Origin: Rhizodiscina lignyota
Taxonomy: Eukaryota
Reading direction: 5' to 3'
Length of the DNA: 64,000 nucleotides
Assembly: GCA_010015805.1 (NCBI GenBank)
Contig: ML978127.1
Location: 744,001 to 808,000, forward strand
A model generated the notes under the pieces. That model searched no databases. It was not told where the DNA came from and saw only the letters and a list, made by a program, of their open reading frames with translations. Below, one piece after another: positions 1 through 12,844 of this stretch. Each line of letters opens with the position of its first letter. The stretch's first letter is position 1. Made by a program: the position numbers and the translations under genes.

Positions 1-1887
1 GAAATAGAAAAACCCTTGAAGCCGTCCTCACACGCGGGCAGGAGGCATGAAGAGAAGAAGACAGAAGTACTCTTCTTTCAATTGACGGGGAGAGAGCCGG
101 AGAAAAGGTAGGAGGTGATAGATATCAAGGGGGATTTGCGGCAGAGTTACTCCGTAGAGGATTCTGATGAGACAATGTGTGGAGGATTGGAGCACGGATG
201 TGAGTGGGGACAGAGTAAAGGGGAGAGTCAGGTAGATAGCAGAATAGAAGCGCTATCCAAGTTTTGTGTGGTGGAGGACATCCACAATGGCGTTTGTTGC
301 TTTTCAACCATGCCCTTCTTGGCGGTACAACAGCATGCACGGCGACGTCCATGCGGGTTGGCTGAGACACAGAGGCCAAGCATGACGCCGGTCCGTGGCA
401 CTCGTCTACGGTAGTGAAATTTAGAGTTGACGAGAAAACGCCTCTGCTCGGCAGTCGCCGAATCATGGTGGCAGTTTGATTGCCGCGGGCGTTGCTCGAG
501 GTGATGGAGGCGCCGAAAGCGCCTCTGAATGCGGTAAGGTTAGATGAGAGATGATCCACGTCCAGGAAATTGAGAGATACGAGATAGCAAGCCGTCAATT
601 GAAGGACCGGACGATCTTCTCTATGTTGAACATGGTCTCAAGCGCCAGATAATTGGCCATGTCGCTTGTCAAATGACGCGAGAGACGTCTTTTCGTCTGA
701 AGTCTTCCATATGCAGGAACCCGCTGTGCCTTTCCAACCTCCTCGCAAACTGCAGTCGACCAAGACGCGGCACGTGAAGCAGGCTGCCGGAGAGTCAAGG
801 ATCCCAGCTCTTTCGATCCGATGTGGTCAGTGTCCTTTTGTTCTTAACCGGCATCTGCTGTGTGTTTTCGGTGAAGTGGCGTGGGCGCGGCGGGCTGGAT
901 TCGACCTGCTGCCCCTGAAGCCATCCCACACTGAGCAGCTCCAATCATTAGCGCGTTCGATATCTCATCCTTGCAAATTGACATCGTCGAATTTGACGTT
1001 CCTTTCTCAGTCTACCGCTCCATCTCGAGTCGTGCTCCAAGAATACCGCCGCTCCCTTCTCCGCAGCCAAGGGGAGCGCATCTGCAGTGAGAAGCACTTC
1101 AAGCGAGGCAGGGAGAAATTTCTCCATGCTGTGCGACGTGAGAAAGGACTTCAACAATCTGCAGCCAGCCATCGCAGCCTCCTGCAGACTCCCGGGTCCC
1201 AAAATTTCATTGCGGTGACCCCTAGGAAGACGCATTCGGCCAGTTTCGAAAGGCGCTTTGTTCTTCTTGCCCTTCAAGCACCGAGGTTCAGAGCGAAGCG
1301 CGACCTATCTTCATCCAGCCCTTCCTCCTTATCACCCTGCTTCTTTCTAGAGAAATAATAGAAGCTCTCCCGTATCTCCTTCGTATGATCGTATCGTCAA
1401 TTTAGCCACCGTCCAATGTCATCGTTACATGCATTTCCGTTTCGCTTGTCAGAGTCCAGACACGATGTCAGAAAATGCCCAGCCGGAGACATTCCTCTTC
1501 ATGCCGATAGCTGTCTTTCGTCGTCCGGGGAACAAGTTTAAGCTCATCTGCTAAGACTGTAGTCATCTGCAAGTCAGTTTGTAAGTGGGGTTGCACGTGG
1601 TCAAAAACTGCAGCCGTTTTCGTCATTGTGTTTCTTCGAGTTTCAAAACTACATCTTTCGGAGCAGATCTGCCGCATATATGCCCATGTGGACTTTCATT
1701 GCATCAACGTTGGGAGCCAACGTCTCATACATTCCGATTGGACGTCTATTGCGAGCATTCTCAAAGATGCCACCATCTTTTGTTAAATAGTACAAAGTAA
1801 GGGGCAAGTCGCTAAACAGACAATGCTATACAGGAAACATAGACCAATCTTTCCAAACAGAACATCAATAGACACCACTTATGTCTC

Positions 1888-3547
1888 TCAAGGCATCTGA
1901 TCCTCCACCCTCTGCAGCAAGGGCTCTTGCTCGTGCGCCTCTCGACTGCCATCCAACAGGACACCGTTATACGGCATACTCTTCCACCTTCCATCTTTCA
2001 CCCTGTTGACCCTCCAGCTCCCTTGCTTTGCGGCCTCCTCGAAGAACTCGACGTTGTCTTCAAAACTCCGATTCCCGCTTTCCGGCAGATAGAAGTACGT
2101 CCACACGCCCCCGATCGCGTTCGTCACCGCAAACACAATGAAGATGTAATGCGTCAGGTAGGTGAACATGACTGGCGTGAGAAATGTTATCGCAAAGTTC
2201 GCGAAGCCCCATATGATCACGGACACAGCAGCAGCTTGTGCCCGCGCAGTGGTAGGGAATATCTCCGTCGGCACCAACCATACCGTCGAGAGCCAGCCAA
2301 TACCGAAAGCGCCAGTGGCGATGAACAACGCGACAGTGCCAAAGATTGCGACGAGCGGCTGGTAGACGTGCAGGCTGCCCGAATGCATCGCGAGTCCGGC
2401 GAAGAGGCCGAGTAGAAGGAAGCACGACGTGAGGACGACAGAGCCGCCGAGGAGTAGCTTGCGCCGGCCCATGGCGTCGATGAGCAGCCAGGCAATCGTC
2501 ATGAGAATGAAATATGATACGTAGTTGGCCATTGTCAAGTCTTCCGCAGTCCACACGCTGAAGCCTAGAAGTTCGAATATCTGCGGACCATACACTGAGA
2601 CCGCTCCGTATCCAGTGAGTGCCTATGCGAACCATCCACGTCAGACAAGCTATGTATTTAGTGTCATAGTAAGAACATACCTGGTTAACCTGTACCATGA
2701 TGGTAATAATCGTCGGGTGAAACTGAGGGTGTCCAGGTGTAAACATGTCTAAGTAGCTCACATGCTTATCCGCCTCCTGTTCATGACTTTGTCTCAGCTC
2801 CTCAAATTTCGCGTCCCCTTCGCCCTCTCCTTCTTCACCACCGCCGCTACCAAGAATATCCTCAAACGCCAATCTCGCCTTGTCCTCTTTTCCATGGTAT
2901 ATCAGCCACCTGGGGCTCTCTGGCAACCTCCCAATCACAGCAAGCAATACGAGCGGATAGGCCTGCATCACGATAATTGGTACGCGCCACGCCCACTGAC
3001 TCCTCTTGCCCAGGGCCCGCGTCGCCAGGAGGTTGATGGCAAACGCCATGTTCAGACCAAATATATTCATTTGGAATTCTTGCGCTAACGCCCTGCCTCT
3101 TGCCTCGTCGCTCGCGAGCTCTGCTGAATAGATCGGAATGACCGAGTCTATGCCTCCAACCCCCAGACCCATGACTACTCGACCCAGTATCATGACTGCC
3201 AACGCACCCTTCATACCTCTCAAGCCTGCAATGAACATAATCGCATTGCCTAAACTCGCCATTGTCAGGCATGCGAATATCGCCTTCTTTCTTCCCCATC
3301 GGTCCGCGACTTTGCTGAATATCACTGCACCCAAAGCGCAGCCGAGATAGTAGACTGAGACAATCACCCCGACAATCGGCGAATTATACTCGATGCCCAT
3401 CGTTCCAAGATAATTGAGATTCGTGTTGATCATGGACATCATGCCTTGGTCGTAACCGTAAAGCGCAATGGCAGTGGACGAGAAGAGGACGACCTGCGAC
3501 TTTTTGGAGCGCCATAGCGACAGAAATTTGGATGAGAAGTAGGACAT
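1888..3547 (-). CDS. MFS sugar porter family transporter (2 exons; intron 2623-2680)
   Basis: Motifs LYGYDQG, DRWGRKK, GRVVMGLGVG, YSAELA, PESPRWL, Q-ALTG, D-GRRKLLL, PTEIFP and LPES. The GTATGT..CTGAC..TAG intron joins ORFs 2060-3547 and 1888-2595 in frame (NQ|ALTGYG). Confidence 0.93.
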
Positions 3548-4377
3548 GCTGGCGATAGATTGGGCCTTCTCGTCGACTCGCGGGAAAGGAGAGTATGGAT
3601 CCCGAGATGGAGAAGAAAGCGGTCAGACGGTGAAGGGAAATGGCATGCGAAAAGGAAGCGAGAGCGCAGTTAAAGACAAAGCCCAACAGCTCCAATGATG
3701 GATTATATTCTATTCAATTGAGCGCAGATGTGCCACCCTATACAAGGAAAACGTGCAATCGTCTACGATGTCTTCATCCGAGAGACTGGAGGATTGGAAT
3801 ATGAGGTCTTGACCACGTGGGGCACTTATGACGACGGAGGCGGGACAAGGGTTCAGTTTTCGCGATACTAGCGCGTGTCCCCGCGAGAAAGTATCGTCGG
3901 ATGGGAGCTGGTATGACCTTGATCCGGTAATAAGCAGGAAAAAGCTGGCGGCCGTGTGCTGTAAGTGGGCACGCGCCGACTCGCATGAGAGACATGCAGG
4001 TTGTATGCGGGTAAGAGATCAACGAGATCGGAAAGCTATGTTTGTCTGGGCATACATAACCTCGTATGGTTGCGAGAGGGTTTGAATTGAATCAAAGGAA
4101 AAAAAGACCTCGGAGACTTTGAGCAGGAGTTGGGAGAAACTCAAGTGATTTCATAAGATGCCGCAAGATGCCGCAATGCCAGTACGTCATGAGCCAGGCA
4201 CAGAGTCTGGACTCGTGCGAGAGGGATCGAGCATACCAATGGAAGATTCATAATATTCAGTTCTACTAAATCTCCAGCAACACATGCAAATATAAGTATT
4301 GCTTTCGACAAGATGGGCAAGCAGACTCGCAGCAAGTCTTCGTCTCATTCAATATCGAACTTATCCACTCTCCAACC

Positions 4378-5210
4378 ATGGCGACCACCGGACCTAAATA
4401 CCATCCCGTAGCAACAGGCGCGGCAACGGAAACAGTCCAACAGCATCAGGAACCAGAAGACTTGACACTATGGGCAGGCTGGTTCTGTCCTTTCACTCAA
4501 CGCGCTTGGATCGCTTTGGAAGAAAAATCCATCCCGTACAAATACATCGAAGTCAACCCGTACCTCAAAGATCCCGGCTTCCTCGCTATCAGCCCGAAAG
4601 GCCTGGTTCCCACTCTCACGCTCCCAGATGGCCGTCCGGTAAACGACTCGCTCATCATATGCGAGTATCTCGAGGATGCGCATCCCTCATCGAGCCCACT
4701 ACTGCCCAAGGACCCGTATGAGCGTGCACAAGCCCGGACGTGGATCAAGCATATCAATGAAGCCGTCGTGCCAGCATTCTTCCGTTTACTTCAAGCCCAG
4801 CCGTCGGAGCAAGATAAACAAGCGAAGGCGCTCGCAGAGCTGAATGAGGCGCTGAGAACAGTCTGTCAGAAGGTCAAAGGCCCGTACTTCTTCGGAGAAG
4901 AGTTCGGTCTTGTTGATGTGGCGATTGCACCGTGGGCGGTGAGAGATTTCATTGTGCAAGAGTACAGAGGATTCAGAAGGGACGATGTGCCAGGTTGGGG
5001 AAGTTGGGCTGAGGCATTGGAGTCCAGGGGAAGTGTTGCGAGAACAACCAGTGTAAGTGCGGCCCACTCAAAATAAAGCCATGGAAGAAAGGTACTGATG
5101 AGTTGATGCAGGAGAAAGAGAGATATGTCGAGTTCAATCAGACATTTTTAAAGAACGAGGGCCATAGCATGGTTGGCAAAGCGGCGAGGAGCGGAAGAGC
5201 AATCGAATGA
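4378..5210 (+). CDS. Glutathione S-transferase, cysteine-type (omega-like); intron 5053-5111
   Basis: Active-site motif WFCPFTQRAW, plus SPKGLVPTL, DSLIICEYLED and FGLVDVAIAPW. A GTAAGT..CTGAT..CAG intron gives the C-terminal exon EKERYVEF...RAIE*. Confidence 0.92.
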
Positions 5211-5391
5211 ACGGTAGTGATAAATAACAGGGATTTCCCAGTACGGTTCACCAAGATTGAAGTGGGCAAAGCAAATTCGAAGCAATGTTAAATTCTCTCA
5301 TGAAAACTACAAGAGAGCACAGAAACTCAGAATGTCCGAAATTGCCCTGCAATCGTGTAGCGCCACGTGATATTGTACAGTTCAACAGGAA

Positions 5392-6735
5392 TCAGATATC
5401 CTTCCAGCTCCCGTTAACTGGTTTACGGTTGAAGCCGCCATCCCAGCCATCGACGTGTGAGTCAGGCTCTGGAATCTCATGCTGCGGCCTGTACTGCTCT
5501 GGGTAGTCCATGCTCGGCTCAAGCGTACTACCGCTGTAATTTGTGCGATTCGGGCTTCTTTGGCCCTGATACGTCCTTTGCCCGGGGTAGGTGGGCGCGT
5601 TAGAATCTGAACCGGTCGCCGTGGGAGCGTATGCTGCGTAGCTTTGCTGCTGTGGCTGGCTCGATGCGAACTGCTGTCTCGTAGGGGTGTTCTGAGCTGG
5701 CGTGCCATATGGTGATTGCTGGTGGTCATAAGATTGCTGGTTGCCATATGGGGATTGCATATGCGCTGGTGGTGGTGCGGCTCCACGATAACCGCCTGTC
5801 GCAGCGCCAGCATAACCACCAATGTCGTTCGCAGATTGGTATCGTCCGCCTGAGCCGTTGCTGTTTGCGCTAAAATAGCTTTCACCTTCTGTAACAGGCG
5901 TCATGTAGCCGTTATTACTACCATGTCGCGAGTTCATGCCAGGCCTCGGAGCTCCAGCTGCAGCAGCCCCTCCAAGCATCGGCGCCTCTGACTCTGCGGT
6001 GCCTGGAGGGTGTCCATGAGGATCAAGATCGTTCATTTCAACTGGATCTTCCAAAGTCTCGATTCTTCTGTCCTCCGCATTATCCCAAGTCGGCATCGAG
6101 GGCAGCGCGTCTGGGTTCCCCGGCTTCGAATAAGCCCCTTTATTGTTACTGACATCGAACCGCGCGTATTGCGGACCCGAGTTGTATTGCGGAGTCGAGT
6201 TATATTGTGGAGTCGAGTTGGATTGTGGAGTTGAGTTGTATTGTGGAGCTGGGCTATATTGTGGTTGCGGATGTGACTGATATTGGTATGCGCTCGGATT
6301 TGCAGAGTTTTGATAGCCATAGTTGTCATCCTGAGGAATCTTTTGACCACGTCGTCGTGGCGAAGGGCAGCACGCATTGCAGCAAGATAGACAACCACAA
6401 CAGCATTCAGCGCCAAAGCAGAGGCACCGGGCGCAGCAGAAGATGAGTGAGAGGAGGATGAGACTACCGATAATTATTGCAACAATAACTGGCCACCTAT
6501 AGTTCCTTGTCAGCAAGAAAGACCATCTGAGAGGCTCTCGCGCAAAGACTTACTTGCAGTACGCCTTTGACATGCAACTGTCCCAGCTGCTGAGGGTATT
6601 CTTAACGTTATCGACAGTACTATCTACACTTTGACGGGCTACAAGCTCCAAGTCACCGAGTGTATTCGCCGGGCTATCGACAAGGCCATTTATGCTTCGA
6701 TGGGCCATAAGCGCTGTGGTGTATGAGACTGGCAT
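5392..6735 (-). CDS. Single-pass membrane protein with Cys-rich juxtamembrane segment and Q/Y/P/S-rich tail (fungal 'fibroin-3-related' type); intron 6497-6553
   Basis: SSWDSCMSKAYCK|WPVIVAIIIG..., a TM helix, CCARCLCFGAECCCGCLSCCNACCPS, DALPSMPTW, and a low-complexity C-terminus. Confidence 0.8.
6166..6270 (-). repeat. Coding 18-bp tandem repeat (PQYNST-like hexapeptide, about 5 copies)
   Basis: Translates as PQPQYSPAPQYNSTPQSNSTPQYNSTPQYNSGPQY. The nucleotide unit is about GAGTTGTATTGYGGAGTC on the + strand. Confidence 0.85.
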
Positions 6736-7678
6736 TTTGATCGTATCGACCGCTCAACGGTCCCCGCTTTGTCCACTCCAAGGTCAATCTTTGTTGAACG
6801 CCGTCGCAAGGCTGATGGAGCGAGCGAAAAGTGAGAGGTGGACGACAAGATCAATGAAAGTTGGGAAGAGTTAATGTTATAGCTGGCGCGTCTACGGTGA
6901 GGCTGTGTCGCGATGCCTTTGCCATTCGCCGTTGGGCTCGCGCGTGCGAGCGAGGGTGGAGTTGACAAGTTCGATGTTGGTGCTACAACGAGAGTAATGA
7001 GGGAAGCTGATCGACGTCATCTACCATGAACGAGAGTATTGAATAGAGCGAGTGATTTGGAAAAACAGGGTGAACGATACGTAGGACGATCGATTACTTC
7101 ATAAGTTCGAGGGACTGGGATGTGCTTTAATCTGAGACCCAAGGGTTGCGAATGCACAGGGGCCGTGCGGAATCTGTGGGGCGTGTGGGGTGTGGCTAGA
7201 GATATCAAATGTGGCGTCCAGGGAATCGAGAGCGCCTAGTTATAATGTCAGGTAAACCTGCTTCTTCACCAATAGCGTCTCAGGCGTCGTATTTCCACTG
7301 CAGAAAGTTGCAAGTCGGCCAAGTCGTTGATGTGGTAGATGTTGACCAGGATAAGAGGGGTTCTTAACTGTTGCAGAAGTATGAGTGAACTTAGAGCTGG
7401 AGTCTTCTTCATCAGAAGTCCAGCATGGGCGATGTGCACGGATGCAGGCGACGGTCATAATTGCTGGGTGCACTTGAAGAGTTTCGACATTATAAATCAT
7501 CGCCAAGAACTTATCTATAATCTTCGACTTCATATGAACTCATCTAGATTCCTCTTGCGATTCAAATAACAACAAGTCTGTACCCTTGGCGTGCGGCATT
7601 TTCCGAGCGAGGGAGTCGCAACTCCAGACCTCCTCAAACCTTAACCTCTCCTTCATCCACCATACAATCGCAATCAAA

Positions 7679-8617
7679 ATGGCGACAACGCTTAGGAAGT
7701 TCAACTTCCTTGAACTGCCTGGGGAGATACGCAACATGATCTATGGACATCTCGTCATTCCTCGATCAATCACTAAGGTGCTCCTTCTTTCCGCCTGCAA
7801 ATGCGCACCAACTTGGAAGCCAGGACTCTGGCGACCTCTAGATTTGACCATACTCCGAGTGAATCGGCAAGTCCACGACGAAGCAACCTCACTTCTATAC
7901 AAGGAGGCCACGGTAACCTGCGACTTGTATGGGCGCAAGAGTGACGGCAACAATCCATCCCGCAAGCGTTGCAACAGGTGTGGCTCTCACCTCAATGCGT
8001 GCTTTAGCACCTTACCCCTCGACATTATCGCACAGTTCCAGAGGATCGATTTGACGGTCAAACTCGGCCCCGACTTCCCTTTGCGCGAAGAGTGGAGACA
8101 TCTGGAGGAGGTTCTTAAGCGATTTGTAAGAGCACTCGAGCACCGCAAATCCACGGGAGAAGATTGTATACTTGGGATCGATTGGGGCGATTACGAATTT
8201 GTCAACGTGGAAATTCGCCCTGATGACCACTTTGGTGTTAGCCGTGATACCCAGCGTACCTATCATTTTCGACGGCTGTCTGCGATGCTCGAGACTCTCG
8301 ACTGGCTATTCATGGATATCAGCGGCATCAAATATGACTCGACTCGCTCATTCCGTCCCGACGGCGAGGTTATCCTTGAATTTGACGAACCTGGCAGAAA
8401 TGCGTACATTCCAATCGGTTGGGGTCCTTGGTGGAAGAATCCAGGCATAATCGATGAGACAGTCGAGTATATGGACGGCTCGGAAACCGACAGTGACACG
8501 CGGGCAGCTGAGGAAGACGAGGAAGACGTGGAAGGCGCGGAAGATGAAGATGAAGTTGAAGATTTGGAAGATGAGGATGAAGGTGAATATTTCGAAGATG
8601 ATGAAAATTGGGAGTAG
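7679..8617 (+). CDS. Hypothetical protein with N-terminal F-box-like motif and acidic C-terminal tail
   Basis: FNFLELPGEIRNMIY...ILRVNRQVHDEATSLLY is the common fungal F-box-like signature. The tail is D/E-rich and the ORF has no introns. Confidence 0.75.
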   Translation: MATTLRKFNFLELPGEIRNMIYGHLVIPRSITKVLLLSACKCAPTWKPGLWRPLDLTILRVNRQVHDEATSLLYKEATVTCDLYGRKSDGNNPSRKRCNRCGSHLNACFSTLPLDIIAQFQRIDLTVKLGPDFPLREEWRHLEEVLKRFVRALEHRKSTGEDCILGIDWGDYEFVNVEIRPDDHFGVSRDTQRTYHFRRLSAMLETLDWLFMDISGIKYDSTRSFRPDGEVILEFDEPGRNAYIPIGWGPWWKNPGIIDETVEYMDGSETDSDTRAAEEDEEDVEGAEDEDEVEDLEDEDEGEYFEDDENWE

Positions 8618-8888
8618 GATGAGGTAGCATTGGCTGAGAAGAGGTCGACATGATCGCATCCTATCTGCAGCAATGGCGCAAGTCGATCAGAAGAACGTCT
8701 GGAATATCGCATACTACCTGAAGCAAAAGTGCGGCAGAGTAGGACGGGCATGCTAGGATATCGCGGTTCAGCTTACGGCACGGTCGGGGAAATGTTTAAG
8801 AGGGGCAGAATGACTTGCAATTGAGAAGCTTTGCTATTGACTAACTCCTGTTTCGCAACCTCGCGCGTTCCTACCTTTCTATTTGCAA

Positions 8889-10730
8889 TTAATTCTTCAC
8901 GTACAGATCCACATACTTGTCTACATCCATGGCTTCCAGCTTCTTTGGGTCCTGTCCGAGCTCAACGAGCATGTTCACGTGGTCTGCGGAATAATGCGGT
9001 CCTGTATTCAATGTCAGTTTCTACTTCATGTAATTTAGCGTTCAGCGTGCAATGGCTACTCACCCAAATGTCTCTGGTACTTCTTCAAAATCTCAGGCTT
9101 AGCCTCCTCCCTGCGCCACTTGTGACCCAAAGGCGCCTCTACAACCTCCTCTTCCAAAACAGTGCCGTCCTTTAGTGTGACCGTCAAAGCATTGGCAATC
9201 GTCCTCTTCTCGGGGTCATGGTAATCCTTCGTGAACTGCGGATCCTCGACACAGCTGATGCGCTGACGCAAGCTCTCTACCAACTCGCTCGACGCCGCCT
9301 CGCTGCCATCAGTGTAGTCGCTCGCATCAAGTCTATCAAAGACGAACATTGTCGATACCATGTACTGCACGCAGTGATCACGGTCAGCGAAGTTGTCCAT
9401 TGGCTTGAACTGTTTGTCGATGATGCGGATGCAAGCCTCATGCGTGCGGTTGACTACGTTGTCGATGTCCTCAGCAGTCTTACCCATGGCCTTGAGCTTG
9501 CCATTGAGGCGCTTGGCGGCTTCGATGGCAGTCTGCGAGTGGAACTCGGCTGGGTAGGAGACCTTGAAGAGCACATTCTCCATCACGTAGCTGCCATATG
9601 GTCTCTGGAACTTGAAGGGCTTGCCGCCAAAGTTGACATCGTAGAAGCCCCATGTCGGAGTGCTCAGCACGCTCGGCATGCCACCCTCGCCCTTGAGCAC
9701 CTTGAAGACCAGATTCACCGCCTTCTCACACGCGTCGCCAGCGGCCCAGGACTTCCTGCTCATGGTGTTCGGGCTGTGTCTGTAGGTACGCATGCTCTGT
9801 CCGTCACACCACGCCTGACTGATCGCATCGCGCGTCTGCGCCTCACTGAGGCCCATCATCTTCGCCACGACCGCGGTGCTTGCAACCTTGACGTTCACAA
9901 CGTGGTCCAGGCCGACTTTGTTGAAGCTGTTCTCCAACGCCAAGCACCCCTGAATCTCATGTGCCATAATCATCCCCTCTAGGACGTCCTTCACCGTCAG
10001 CACCTTGCCATGTCCCAGCTTCCCACCGTCGCGATTCGTGCGGCTGATCCAGTCTGCAACGGACAGGATCGCGCCCATGTTATCGGACGGATGGCCCCAC
10101 TCCGCCGCCAGCCAGCAGTCGTTGAAGTCGAGCCAGCGAATCATCGCACCGATGTTGAACGCGCCAAGCACGGGGTCGAGCTGGTAATTTGTGCCGGGGA
10201 CGCGCGTGCCGTTGGGAACGACAGTGCCGGGGACGACGGGGCCGAGCAGCTTGCGACATTGGGGGAATTCGAGGGCTTTGAGGCCGCAGCCGAGCGTGTC
10301 GAGGAAGACCCAGCGAGCAGTGTCAAACTTTAATGAGCAAATGGTCAGCCAATTGGTAGGGAGTAGAAGAAGCAATTGGTGAAGGAAAGTGATGGGGATG
10401 GCGGATATACAGTTCCTGGAGCTGGTTTGGTACTGAGAATAATTGGTATAGACGTACAGCAAGGTCAGAGTCGATCTTGTAATTGTGCACATAACTCGCC
10501 ATGTCCACTATCTCAGGATCCCACTCATTGGGTCCCTTCGGCTCTGCCGCGCCGGCCTTGAGACTCGACATGGTGGAGAAGCTCGCGGCCGCCGGTCGAA
10601 AAGCGGTGGCAGGTCTGGAGAAGGTCGAGGGCCTGGGAGAGCAAGAAGCAGCTCTAGCGACCGAAGATGAGGATGGTCGGAGAGTTCGGCGCGCAAAGGA
10701 CCTGCAGAAGCTGCGACTGAGAGTCGACAT
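8889..10730 (-). CDS. prpD: 2-methylcitrate dehydratase, mitochondrial (introns 10328-10457 and 9002-9063)
   Basis: R/S-rich mitochondrial presequence. Motifs IRWLDFNDCWLAAEWGHPSDN, GLDHV, YRHSPNTMSRKSWAAGDA, FKVSYPAEFHSQTA and DRDHCVQY. Confidence 0.97.
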
Positions 10731-12844
10731 CTTTTTTCCAGAGAGCGTATTAGCGAGGATAGCCGACGTCTGCTGTCTCCGATTGCGGCAGCGTCCTCTA
10801 CAGCATCAATTGAGGAGTGAAGAAGGGGTGAAGCAAAGGGAGGATGATATCGTACACGCGCAAAAGATTGAAATTGTTTTCTTCCCGCAAAATTCTCGAG
10901 GGTCGCTGTGCTGGCTTGGTTTGTTGATTTTACATCAGACCTCCATCAGTCTCGTCGCGGGGGAGCTTCCCCGTGCTCCGATGCTTTTGACCGGGGGTTC
11001 AGGGCGCAAGTGGGTAGCTATAATGTCCAGAAAGCAGAAAACCTTAAATGTTTATGTCAGCTTTGCCTTCTCTGTGCACAGTATCGATGTCCGCAGCTTT
11101 ATTAGAGTTAAGTCAATTCTTTAGGCCTTTTTTTGCAAAAAGGAAGGTGCTATAAGTAGTATTCTAGATTATGAAGCGAAGTAGCTTTTAAAAAAGACAA
11201 AACCATAAACTTCAGGTGGAAGAAGTCGTGATCTATAGTAGGATAATCTATACGTTGATCTGCACGTGACTGAAGAGGCTAAACCAAGTCGGCCTTAGTC
11301 AGGCTTGACGGTCTAGACATTATAACGAAAGCCCTCAGGGGCCGCAGCCGTGGTTATCGTCTACCGAGCTTCTCGCCATCTCTCGCCATCTCCGATGCCC
11401 GAGCTTACTGCTTGTGCTTCTCAAAGCTTTCTTATCAACTTTGAAGCGACTTCGCTGCATTCGCCGAATTCGCTGCCGCAAAGATGAGAAAATGATTCGC
11501 AAAAGAGAGTATGGTCCGAAATCTCGCCGCAACCGAAGGTGCTAAGGAATTCGGGCGAATGGGCCTCATGAGATCGGGCATTACTTGTAGCGCCGACCAG
11601 ACGCCCCTTAGCAGTATTTTTCTGAAGGAGAAGAGCAAAATAATCTATGTTGAACATTCACAAGGGTAAGCTCCGATCCTAGCTTGCTTATAATTCAACA
11701 GCAGTTCAATTGGAGATATTCCTTCCTCGAGCTTAGCGACAGTGACACAGAAGGTACCCCGATGCTCCACCTTGCTCCAGGCTGCTTGAGCTTCGCCGAG
11801 TGATTGAGCTTGCTTCTGCTTGCTTCTTCAGTTTCTTCTATGTATCCGGCACCAAACAAAACTATGATATGTGCTCCAAGTCAGGGCTTTCTTCAGTCTA
11901 TTCAGTCTGCCTTCTTATTCTACAATATTGCTCTCTTCCAGTCTTCCTCTTCTTGCCTGATCATGAAAGCGATATCATCACTAATTAAGTTTGTGTATAG
12001 CTTGCTCGGGCTACTCATCTGATTTGCTGACGACTGTCATGTTTTGATCTTGGGGTCATAAGTCAGAGTCACCGAAATTGGGCCAGCGAGTTCTTTGTTA
12101 GAGTCGAGAAGTCGCCGAATTCAGACACCACGAAGTTCTCGTCCCGAGTTGCTTTCCTTTGTCTAGCAGGCGCTTAATTAGTCCAACCACACCCGTGGAT
12201 AATGCGTGCGAAAGTTGTTCTTGCACTTCCGATTAACGAGACTCCCGCCCTGAGTCCAGACTGTTCAATACTAACTGTACGCCAGTTTACGCATAGAATG
12301 GATCGTGGCTTGGCCGCACGAGATCAAAGATTGAGCTGACTTGGAATTTTCTTCCGCATAGGACTGCTCGAACCTCTGTTAACGAAGCAGCTTTCTAGGA
12401 TTAATTATATATCAGCTGTTCGACTACCAACGTCTATTGGTTGCTCAGATGTTTCAGGCATGGTGTTGACTACGCCCGCAAACGTCACTAACACCAGTAT
12501 CTACGGAAGCTAACGGTTTGACAAAGGGTGTCAAAACACGCTAAACATGATGCAGATCACATAACAAAAAACACTCCACGCTCCTCGGAGATGCAGAACT
12601 TTTTACAACACCTCTTCCCTCCACCACACACCTTTCCCATAACGAAAGCTGCGTCCTGGTCAGTGCGACAACAAACGTCATATTCAGCGTCGTGAATTGT
12701 TTTTCATTGTAGTTGTGTGTCCTTCGACTTGGTTAATCTGCATCAGCCGCTACTCTCATCATGTATAGAAATACCAGAACCCGTGGACAGAGAGACACGC
12801 GCTCTCTCGCGCTCCCATCGCCGTGCGGCATCATCTTCAAGCTC

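Noticed and set aside
666..1358. 230-aa ORF on the + strand, and other ORFs in 1-1400
   Set aside because: Non-ATG start, no recognisable motifs and UTR/promoter-like composition. It is probably the upstream region of a gene beyond the left edge.
9218..9982. Long antisense ORFs over prpD (and similarly over ADE4, KRS1, SRP101 and the MFS gene)
   Set aside because: These are shadow ORFs produced by codon bias on the coding strand.
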